A stretch of 64,000 nt of DNA from Podarcis erhardii. Lineage: Eukaryota. Under the pieces are notes generated by a model, which saw only the letters and a list, made by a program, of their open reading frames with translations, was not told the origin of the DNA and did not search any database. This document shows, one piece after another, positions 38,272 through 48,499 of this stretch. Made by a program: the position numbers and the translations under genes. The DNA is taken from the NCBI GenBank assembly GCA_964252035.1, contig OZ176211.1, one strand, 5' to 3'. Positions within the stretch are counted from its first letter, which is position 1. Every line of letters starts with the position of its first letter.

Positions 38272-39497
38272 CTATTTTGGGAGAAAAGAGCCAAAAAATC
38301 ATATTAAAAATACATATATTATACAGAAAAATAAGTCCTGCAATACACACATAGATAAGTGCAAGGGTCATTCTGAGAGTACATTTGCAAACTGGAGAAA
38401 TTGTTGCGGGCACCACACATACATTTCAACCAAGCACACACCATAATGTATTCTACTGGCTACCATAGAATGTTTCTTTCAAGTCTAACTTCAACAGGGG
38501 GAGAGGTGGAAGAAAGGATGCTGTGGGAGCCCTTGGTCAATGGGTAAATAAATTTTATTTCATCTGTCTAAAAATCACAGGTTATCAGTTTATTTTAGGG
38601 TTGTGCATTGGATTCAGAAGAACCCCAAGCTAAAATTTGATGCCTCAGTAGTATTGTAAGCTTACCTAGGTAATGACAGGACCTGTGCAAGTCTGCATCA
38701 GTTAAAGCAGGGACCCTAAACCACTTAATATTGACTCAGTGATAGACATTTTAAAAATGCTGCAGACAAGTGTCTACTAAAACTGAAGATAAGCTTCTAC
38801 GCTTACCACACAAGTTAAATGCCAAATCGTGAGGTGAAAGGGCGACAGGTACACTACAAAATTGAAATTTAGCTCGCCAAGCTTAGGAAAGACGTCAGTA
38901 TAGAATGGGATAGCTTCTTCACAAAGACAGGTCTAGCTTGTAATCATAAAGCAAACCCCTTTTAGTTATTCCTATGCCAAAATCCATTTTTATAAGGTGT
39001 ATCCCACCTACCTGCCTGCAGGGTTCGAAATTAGCAGGGCACCAGGCACATTTTGCAACTACAGATTCTCCATTTGCGAGCACCTCAGAAAGTCTAGGTG
39101 CCATTTTTTGCGCCTGGCTGACACTTAAGGATTACTGAAATGTATGTGCTTTGAAGCCTCAAAGTATATGTTAAGGATAGACAATCCTTAACTACTTAAG
39201 AAGTTTAACAATAAAGAGTAGAGTGTTTGGAAAACCGAAGTATAGTACCAATATTTTTATTTCAACACCAAATTAAACATGTATTAACAATTTCCTGCTA
39301 AAAATGTGATATTAACAATATCTCTCTTATGCTTATCAAAATAATAAATTAAAAGTGTTGCTGACCCCCACCCCACCCCCCGACATTCTGCTTTGGCACC
39401 CAAAACCCAGGTCCCAGAAGCCATTTGGCTCCTAGCTTTTCTATTCTAGCTTCTAACACTGGTTGCCTGTAATTTAGCAAGCATTATCCACTCTACA

Positions 39498-39851
39498 AGG
39501 GACACAGGTGGTGCTGTGGGTTAAACCACAGAGCCTAGGACTTGCTGATCAGAAGGTCGGCAGTTCAAATCCCCGCAACGGGGTGAGCTCCCGTTGCTCA
39601 GTCCCTGCTCCTGCCAACCTAGCAGTTCAAAAGCACGTCAAAGTGCAAGTAGATAAATAGGTACTGCTCCGGCAGGAAGGTAAACGGCGTTTCCGTGCGC
39701 TGCTCTGGTTCACCAGAAGCAGCTTAGTCATGCTGGCCACGTGACCCAGAAGCCGTATGCCGGCTCCCTCGGCCAATAAAGCGAGATGGGTGCCGCAACC
39801 CCAGAGTCGGTCACGACTGGACCTAATGGTCAGGGGTCCCTTTACCTTTAC
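39498..39851 (+). mobile_element. Sauria SINE, full length
   Basis: Same family as the 4232 copy; 13-bp TSD tatccactctaca at 39485-39497 and 39852-39864. Confidence 0.93.
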
Positions 39852-40510
39852 TATCCACTCTACAGGGACCTAGTATGCCTACAGAATTTGTTAACTTCTG
39901 TCAAAAGTGGGGGGGAGTGTCTCTCTTTTTTTGCCCATTAATGAATGAAGGGAGAAACATGTGGACTAAGACAAACCTACAGAGCTTCTTGAACCAAGGC
40001 TGGCTGTTTCCTATAGTATCAAATCTTGTGGTCTAAATGTGCATGCAGACACACACAACATACACGCACCAAAAAGACCGGATTCAGTCAAGTATGGTAA
40101 AGAAAGAAAATTCTACTAATTTCAAAAGGCATTTACAGCCAAATGAGTTTATAACCGACACTTGCACAATTCTGGGTGCAATCCACATCCTACTGAAAGC
40201 AAAGACAGAACTACCATTGTTTCCAAGTACACAAATTGCATTTTTTTGTGTTACAAATAAAAACATTGTATAAAAACAGCCTTGCAGAGCAGACTGCCAA
40301 ATTTAACAACAACATGTAGGTGTCACTATAAAAACACTATCCAAAAACATAAGGAGAGTCATTTTTACACTCAAAAGTATGTCCATTTCTAATCAGTACT
40401 CTTGTTATCTAATATACCACAACAGAGGATATGTGCAGCATTATCACAGAAGAAAGCACATTAGCCCAAAGATGCAGTCTCATCTTGAACCTGAATTCTT
40501 GTTTAACAAT

Positions 40511-40911
40511 GGCTGCACTCACACATAATAAGCCATGAACTGTGGCTAAACAACCCATGTTGCATGTGCCCAGTTACCTCTGTTTCACTCCATGCTTCCT
40601 GCGAGTGCAAAACCCGAGAAAAGGAGAGTTAGCATTATATCCAAACCCAGGATCATTAAACCTTGGCTTAAAATTGACTTAAGTTTGGTTCAAGATACTT
40701 GGTTTACAGACCTGGCTTGTTAGGGAGAAACAACCCACGATCCCAGGTTTAGAAGTAATGCCAAGTTAACCCTTCCTAGTTTGTTTACTTGCTCATGCAA
40801 AAGAAGAAACAAAGTGACAGCAATCAGCCTGCATGCACTAGCATAAACCTCCTGCAAAGTATGGTGTATAAGCCAAGGTTTTTAGCTTACAATTATATGT
40901 TAAATGTGGCC
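40511..40911. mobile_element. About 400-bp MITE-like element with degenerate terminal inverted repeats
   Basis: ggctgcactcacacataat at the left end versus attatatgttaaatgtggcc at the right end; internal aagcca/tggctt repeats. Confidence 0.4.
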
Positions 40912-43900
40912 ACTGAATCACTGGCACTTGAAGGCGTTCACCCTTATGTGCCTGATCTTTTCCATGACTCCTCTCTAGTTTCACACTTTGCTGGAGATAA
41001 AGCCTCCCCCAATTAGACCCAAATCTGAAGTCTAAAGTTAAATAATCCATTTGACCTTGCATACCTAAGCTCCTGTTTGTGCTTCTCAGCCTGCCATCTC
41101 TTGTGACCTGCCTCCTGTTATGCCTTTTACTCTTTCCACAGTTCCTGCTCCCAGTCCTTCTGAATAATCTACCCAGCTGTGACCTTGGCTACTATCAGTT
41201 GTGATGTTGGTTCTTCTTTTGCATGTACGGTATAAACTGACTGCACTGTCTCTCTTCTGACTCCTGAGGTCTGGTTCCTCTTTATGCTTTGTGCCTTAGA
41301 CTTTTTTCACGGTTCCTGATCCCTCTCTTGTCTGGCTCTCATTCCATGGCTCCTCAAAACCTGCTGTTTGTAGACTCTGCATATCCATCCAAAGCTCTAA
41401 TTCTGCAGCCACAAGCTTATCAGGTGTAAACCCAATGAAAACACCCATCCCTACAACAAAGTGCTCACCAACTGCAGCACTCTGTACTCATTCCCATAGG
41501 CATTTGGGCCAAAGTGTAATTTTCCCCATATTGGGAAGTGTGCCAGGGACAGTCTCTTCTGGTCTTAAATGGCCCAAGAGGAAGATGAGATATTTCAGAT
41601 TCCAAGAAAGACTGCAGAAGCAGCAGGAGGGGACAAGTGAGAGAAATACAATAGAAAACACCCATGTACTGCTCCAGAGAAGAAGGAAATTAAACATTTT
41701 ACAGTCCTTATCATGTCTACTCAGGCAATGTGAATAACCCTGCACACCTGTGCAGTCCCATCCTGATTAATGAAACTTAAGAAGTCAAATCTATACTCAA
41801 GTACATATTATTATCCCTGACATTTATTTATATAGCACCATCAATGCACATGGCGCTTTATACAATTAAAGTGAGAAATTCTGGAGCTCAGAACAGGTAT
41901 ATGTACTCAAAACTGCCTTCCATCAGCATTTGTCAATGCTGGTTATACCTTTTATACTTGCTCTTAAGCCTCAACAATTTGCCCTCACATAATTTATGAT
42001 GAAATGCTACATATGTGCAAGTCTCTCTAAATCCATGTGTCACAGGCATGACTGAGCTTAGGAATTAATATTGCAGAGACCACTGTGCAAACAGATCAAC
42101 TAGCCCAAGGCTTTATATAGTCCAGAATTCAACTGCATCATAAAGCTAAATACCCTGAATATGTGCACAAGCAGAGAGCATGTAACAAAACTAAGTTGGA
42201 ACAGCGGATCGTATAGAATTCTACTTGAGAATTCATTAGTGCATCAGATCAGCACTATATCTCTGGATAGCTTGAGTTATACAGCACACAGTATGATCTT
42301 ATGTGTATTTACTTGGAAGTTAAATTGCATGGATTAAACTGGGTTTATTTCCAGATATGTATGCATGAGACGGGGCCTTAGATACACTTTGCAGTGTAGG
42401 CTGAAGCTCCCAACCAACCACAACTGCAGTGGCTCCTGCATCTGAATTAATAAAAATCTTGGGTGTATTGGGAATGTTTTCCAAAACAGAGCCGAATATT
42501 TCTATCACCTAATTAGCCAAAGTGATTTCAGAAATTTTGGGAAATGGTGTTGTCCGCATGTCCAAAAAGATGGAATAAACCTCATAATGCCTCTAACCAG
42601 AACAAAAAAGAAAATACAGGGTCTCTCTTAATACATAAGTTGTGCAAAAGTAACTGGCTTTCTTAAAGCAAATTTCCATGCTAGCACCCCTCTCCTTTCC
42701 TTATCTAGAAGAAAATGTTTATGTCCTACTCCATTTACTCCTCAGTGTTAGGACACCATCAGACGCCATGCTTAGTCTCTGTGTCCTAGGCTGCCATTAC
42801 ATAACCAAAGAGGGTTAGTTACTTTAGAGGAAGGGGATACTTATTTCTGTACTGTTCACATACTTTGCATGTGTAAGTACATTCCCCACAAGGAGAACCA
42901 ATTCAAATGGAATAACTATTCAGGTGAAGATTGCTCTGGTTTCCCTTTTTAAGGTGTCATCTCACGTTATTTCTGCAGCTCTACAAAAGTCTCCCACAAT
43001 TTCAGATTCCTTTACTTAACATGCTGTCACTGAAGATTGGAGCACTAAAGGAATGACAGCTGTTTCTCGCTACTGTCCTGCTGCACAGTCACCTTGCTTC
43101 TAGGGCCCCTGGGGAAATAGCAGCTACTACAGGAAGAGGGGGGCCCTAAGCTGTTTCTTCTCCATGAATGTCTAGCTCCCTCCAACAGGTTTATTGGTAC
43201 ACATGAAATCAATAATAGAAGTTTGGGAGTGAAGTTTTCCCAGGTAAAGCTTTCCTGAAATATAAAGGAAATAGTACTTTGATTTTCCCACAGTATATTA
43301 ATAGTATTTAATTTAATTTCCATAGAGAGAGCCAAGCCTTATTGCAAATAACTTTGAGGACCCTAGTGCAGACCCAAACAATGATATAACAAACCAGACA
43401 TTTGCAGCTATTTTTCAGATAATGTAAATTATATGTGCATTTACTTGGGAGTAAACCCCACTGAACTAAATGGGATTTACTCTGAGAAAACATGCACAGG
43501 ATCAAGCTTTCTGGTGTTTTTTCCGAATCAAATTACACACCTAGAGTGCAACTGTGATTTAAAAGCAAAACAAGTACACTAATCAATATTAGTCTCACAT
43601 GAGTACTTTTGTACTGTAACTCCTCCTATAAGTCTCCCTATTCCACTTTCAATTTCTTACTTACTTCCTATTTCCCATTCTCAGACTAAAGATTAAAGAT
43701 TTTGCAAACTCATAACCACATCAACAGAAGAAAAAGCTGGTTAGCTGCATGTGTGGGAAACTGAATAAGAGCACAGATGCCACAGTCTCTCACTTTCATT
43801 AAAAACTGAGACTTACTATAAATATAGATATCAATTTCAGTTTACAGAGTACAGAGGATTCCACAAACAATATACTGTAGGGTGCACGTAAACTAAGGTT

Positions 43901-44162
43901 TTTCTGCAATCCAATAGTCATGCTGAAAGGGGATGGGGCACATCTGCACCACTTTGTAATAGGTCACCATCTGCGGCCCATTTCCTGGTTGCTCACATGA
44001 AATCTCATACCTCTAAACACGCATAAGCTTTTGTGAAATGAGAGGGGAGCTGAAGTTTCACATTGCCCCTTGACTTGGACAATGTCCCATCCCTCCTCTT
44101 TCTCTAGCACATGCTAGACACCTTGACCCCTTTTTCAATGCACTGAATCAAACACATAGGTA

Positions 44163-44528
44163 AAAGGTAAAGGTAAAGGTACCCCTGCCCGTACGGGCCA
44201 GTCTTGACAGACTCTGGGGTTGGTGCACCCATCTCACTCAAGAGGCCAGGGGCCAGCGCTGTCCGGAGACACTTCCGGGTCACGTGGCCAGCGTGACAAA
44301 GCTGCATCTGGCGAGCCAGCGCAGCACACGGAAACGCCGTTTACCTTCCCACCAGTAAGCGGTCCCTATTTATCTACTTGCACCTGGGGGTGCTTTCGAA
44401 CTGCTAGGTTGGCAGGCGCTGGGACCGAGCAGCGGGAGCGCACCCCGCCGTGGGGATTCGAACCGCCGACCTTTCGATCGGCAAGCCCTAGGCGCTGAGG
44501 CATTTACCCACAGCGCCACCCGCGTCCC
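44163..44528 (-). mobile_element. Sauria SINE, different and young subfamily, with 61-bp target duplication
   Basis: Tail ggtaaaggtaaaggtacccc and head ...cagcgccacccgcgtcccc on the + strand; CpGs largely intact; flanked by a perfect 61-bp direct repeat at 44102-44162 and 44529-44589. Confidence 0.93.
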
Positions 44529-45986
44529 CTCTAGCACATGCTAGACACCTTGACCCCTTTTTCAATGCACTGAATCAAACACATAGGTACACAGTTGCAA
44601 TTCTAAAGATTTGGCATTTGCTGTAACAAATAATAGTAAGCCCAGACCTGAAATTCTAGAAAAAGTACATGCATGCACACTGGAAACATAAAAAGATTAG
44701 TTCCAAGGTGTCACCCTTCGGGTGGAAGAGAATTCCTGAAGATTTTCATGATAGACAAGTTCACATGAAGGAATGACAGTTTATTCCATTCTCCAGTGCT
44801 CCTTCTAACTAGTCACAAACTATGTAGCCCTGCAGCCACCTCTCACAAATAGGATTAAAAAACAATCTGGATCAGCTGGATCTTTTGTACTATCATGCAT
44901 GTACTCGCATACTCTAAGTTACGACCGCAACAGTAACATATTCCAGACGTAAAGGAAACTCATACAGATCATCAGAGACAAGCAGAGACACACTGTGCTC
45001 ATTATAGCAAGCAAAACAGCAACACAGCCACTCAGCTGGGCACCAGCCAACTGCTCTCCCTCCACTAATCCAAACAAATCTACCATCAAAGGATAAGTCA
45101 GTAAACGGTGCCCCTTTCCTCCCCTCCCCCAACACTCTCCTACCACAAACAGGAAGTCTCCTCATCCAGCAGACACCATCCAGCCAAAGGACGCTCCGGC
45201 AGAGGCAGTCGGGAGGAAAGGGGCAGTCACATGACAGCTAACTCTCTCCCTTTGACAAACACGTTTTCTGCCTTCTTACCTAGGTTTAGGAGACAGGAGG
45301 AGGAGCAAGACTTTTCGAGGACGTGCCAAAAAGTGCAAAGGGATACCGACGTAGCAGGCAGGGGCAATTTTGCTAAAAGCAAAAAAGCGCACGTTGCCCA
45401 TACTCTCTTAAGCTCACGTCGAAGTGTTTTGATACTGCTCCGTACCTTTCCCTTCCTGCCTACTTTCACTACTAAGGGCGGAGGAAGGGAGGAAGGGCAG
45501 GCACTCACACAGGATGAGGAAGTAACGACTAGGGCGACACACGCAACTTACTCGTTCACACACAAGGATAGCACACCTTGTTTCTGACATTGCTGGCCAC
45601 CCCTCCTCCAAAAGCACATGCCCGGCCGCCCTCAGCATCTTTGGAGGGGGGTCCACCCATCTCCCTTTTCCTAAAACGGGCCCGCCTCCTTGAGTTTTAA
45701 GTATCCACGAACACAGCCAGCAACAGAGTCAGGAGGAGGCAGGGGGACGGGGGGAAGGCGACCCACGCCTGCAAGCAAGGAGGGGAAAGACGTGGATGGC
45801 GCACTCCATAAAGTGGTGACTTGTGACGCGTGTGTGAGAGACAGAGAAGAGACATGGGGGGGGGAGGGAAAAGAGACGCCTCCGAAAGCAGCCCCCCCGG
45901 CCCTCTCTCTCTCTGTGTCTTTACCCCCCACCCCACCCCCACCCCCACCCAAGAGAGGTTGGCCGAAGCAGGCCCGTCTCACTCAC

Positions 45987-46155
45987 CTTGATGCACTGCG
46001 ACATTGCAGCCATGCCCGTCGCAGTAAACCAGCGGATTCTCGGCCCAGCCCCTCTCGTCGGAGCAAACGCAGCAGCCGCCGATCATCTCCTTCATACTAT
46101 TGGAGAACTCGCCCTCCAGTGACACAGGCAGCAACAGCGGCTCGCTAGAGACCAT
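45987..46155 (-). CDS. MLLT10: MLLT10 exon 2 (first coding exon, 169 nt; N-terminus and first half of PHD1)
   Basis: Acceptor tttttaacccttag|ATG at 46155; encodes MVSSEPLLLPVSLEGEFSNSMKEMIGGCCVCSDERGWAENPLVYCDGHGCNVAVHQ plus 1 nt; donor AAG|gtgagt; phase 1. Confidence 0.97.
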
Positions 46156-46209
46156 CTAAGGGTTAAAAACACCGTCAGCACGACACCCCCCGGCACCGGA
46201 GAGACCCCG

Positions 46210-46352
46210 GCCGCCGCCGCCGCCGCCGCCTCAGTTCTTGCCCCGCAGCACTCCGCCTTCAGTCGCTCAGCCACCGCCGCCGCCAGTACCGCCTCCATAG
46301 CAGGGACGTGGGACCCATGGCCGCTGGTGGCGGCGGCGGCGGCGGCGGCGGC
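46210..46352. repeat. (GCC)7 at 46210-46230 and (GGC)8 at 46329-46352
   Basis: Two pure triplet runs in opposite orientation. Confidence 0.93.
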
Positions 46353-46434
46353 AGCAGCAAGAGCAACAGCCGAGCGGCGGATAAGGGGCTCCTTCCAAGT
46401 TCCTCGCTGGGCGCCGGCTCGGCCGGGCAGGTAC

Positions 46435-46625
46435 CCAGTCCGTCTTGGGAGATCTCCAGCAAGGAATTAAGGGCTTGCTGGCAGCGGCAACAGTCCTGCG
46501 AGCCGCACGGACTGGGGGGGGGGGGCGGAGAGAGAGAGAAGGCGAGGGAGAGAGAGACAGCAACGCGAAAAAGGCAACAGAAGCAGGGGCCTGCTGCACG
46601 CAGGCGCACTGCAACGCCTCCTCGG
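46435..46625 (-). other. MLLT10: Probable non-coding first exon of MLLT10 (boundaries approximate)
   Basis: The ATG directly follows an acceptor, so an upstream non-coding exon is required. Best nearby donor is a weak TGG|gtacct at 46435/46434. An NRF1-like motif and GC boxes lie nearby. The TSS cannot be fixed from sequence. Confidence 0.4.
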
Positions 46626-48473
46626 CGAAGGCCCCGCGACGCGGCAGCAGCAGCCTTCGCTCTCTCGCTTTTCCTCCTCCTTTTCCCCCGCGGTGGCTCA
46701 TGGGCCGACAGCAGAACACGAGCTCGCTGGGCGAAGTTCTGCGTCGCGCGCTGCCCTGCTGGCTCTCAACCGTTTTCTTTTTTGAGCGGGTGCCCAGTCA
46801 GAGCGTGGGCGTGACGGGGGCGGTCGAGGTGGGGGGGGTGTCCCCTGGGGCGGAGGGCCAAGTGACAAATATACACTCCCGCGGCCGGGCTCCTCCTGCC
46901 TTGAGGGACTCGTGCTCTTGTGTGTGGTGCGAGTGCCAAACTAGGCCCGGCCCGAGCCGTGCGCCTCCTCTCTTACACGTGTTAACTTATCATACAACGA
47001 TGGCATCACACACTCTTCTGTTCCCGAGGGATCCCAGCGCCGCCCGCGCGCGTGTTTTTCGTCAGTCTCTCTTTATTTCCCTCAGGCCGCTGTGACACCT
47101 TGAGGAGCAGCGGGATTTATACTTTCCCGCTCCTCGCTCCGTCACACGCACCGCATCCTCTCGTGTGTTTACGAGGCCAGGCAGCTGAAACAGCTGGGCA
47201 GAGTCAAAAGCCTGAGTGAAACAAAAACGATTGCGATCACCTAGAAATTTGATCACTTTGGGATGGCGGGGGGGGGGAGTGTACGCACACATGCGACCTG
47301 CATTTCTTCTGCAACAGGCTCTTCTTCTTCTTTTGCATTTCAAGGGATGTTGAATTCCGTTTCTCTGTTCTTGGCTGATGCGGCGGGATTCCTCTCCCAC
47401 CCGGATGATCCCGAACTCCTGGAACAGGAATTCCTTTCAGGGGCACTTCCTTCCTGCTTTAAGGGTCCCCAGCCTCAATTTCGGATTGCTAGCTAATCCT
47501 TCCAAAATTCCCCCTCTTGTTTGAATGTGCTGCATTTCCAATATATATCGTGTCTATGAACAACAATGGGCACCGTGGCATCTAAAAATACTATTTTATG
47601 GTGACAAACTTTCCCAAGTACTCTCTGGAATTCTTTGTTTTTATAGAAACAGCGTCTTAATCTCTCTGTGTGCACATACATACTACTTAGTCAAACTCTA
47701 TTACCCTAGTTGCTATAAAACACGGGTAATATAACTATATCCCTTTGGAATTCGGTTTCTCTTGCATCACTTTAGCTGCAAGGGCAGAACTGATACATTT
47801 CCACTTTTCTGTTTGGCTAACCTAGAGACCACGGCACAAATCCTGCAGAAATGCTCATGTTCTCCTTACCTTCATCCTGGCCTCGCCATATCTTTTAGTA
47901 CCATGCATGCAGAGGTCTTTCTGCATGGCTGTTGTTAAAACTAGAATTGAGCAGACAACACAACCAGGGAAAAGACAGGCTGCCTTATCCCTTTAGAAAT
48001 ATGCACATCCCCTTAAACTTAGATGCTTTTGTTATCTAGATTAATTTAAAAGGACATGTTTTCCAGATTTTGATCAATGATTGTTGGGTTTGCTTTTATA
48101 TATTTCAAAAAGCAGAGTAAAAAACGAGATGGTTCAGGTTATCAGAATCACAAGCTTTTCAATTATCCACTATAAGCAGGTAGAACTGTAGCAGAAGGAA
48201 CTAATTGTGGCTACTGTTAAGACTGAAAGGAGATTAAATGCAGCTTTGCAAAATTCTCCTCCTCCACTAGCCCCAGGGCTGCTACTTTTGTGAAGAAGAA
48301 GGTGAAGGGAAAGCCTTACAAGTAAAATACCATTGATTTTTCCCTATTATCATGCTAAAGTGACTTTATGCATAGACTGGTAAAATTGTATGATTTTGCA
48401 AGACTGCATTATTGCCTGACATGAAGACAATTTAAATCAAGTGTACAGTATTAAACCATCTGTATTGTCCTAA

Positions 48474-48499
48474 GTGTGTGTGTGTGTGTGTGTGTGTGT
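48474..48499 (+). repeat. (GT)13 microsatellite
   Basis: Seen directly. Confidence 0.95.

Larger units (their letters stand above)
1..46625 (-). other. MLLT10: MLLT10 (AF10) gene, 5' part (exons 1-8); gene continues beyond the left edge
   Basis: Seven exons splice in frame to MVSSEPLLLPVSLEGEFSNSMKEMIGGCCVCSDERGWAENPLVYCDGHGCNVAVHQACYGIVQVPTGPWFCRKCESQERAARVRCELCPHKDGALKRTDNGGWAHVVCALYIPEVQFANVSTMEPIVLQSVPHDRYNKTCYICDEQGRESKAATGACMTCNKHGCRQAFHVTCAQFAGLLCEEEGNGADNVQYCGYCKYHFSKLKKSKRASNRSYDQSLSDSSSHSQDKHHEKEKK. The MVSS extension, MKEMIGG and the exon 8 peptide match AF10 rather than the paralogue AF17/MLLT6 (recalled sequences). Confidence 0.96.
45530..47420. promoter_or_regulatory. CpG island / MLLT10 promoter
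   Basis: Sharp rise in GC and CpG around exons 1-2; NRF1-like acgcaggcgca at 46598-46608; several GGGCGG boxes (about 46515, 46818, 46848); no TATA box. Confidence 0.88.

Noticed and set aside
38150-38416. 88-aa ORF containing ACYGIVQVPTGPWFCRKC
   Set aside because: Only 38192-38271 is exon; the rest is intronic read-through beyond clear splice sites.
46445-47095. 216-aa + strand ORF starting MGDL, like the SKIDA1 N-terminus (MGDLKSGF...)
   Set aside because: It starts at TTG rather than ATG, similarity stops after four residues, and it lies over the GC-rich MLLT10 promoter where long ORFs arise by chance.
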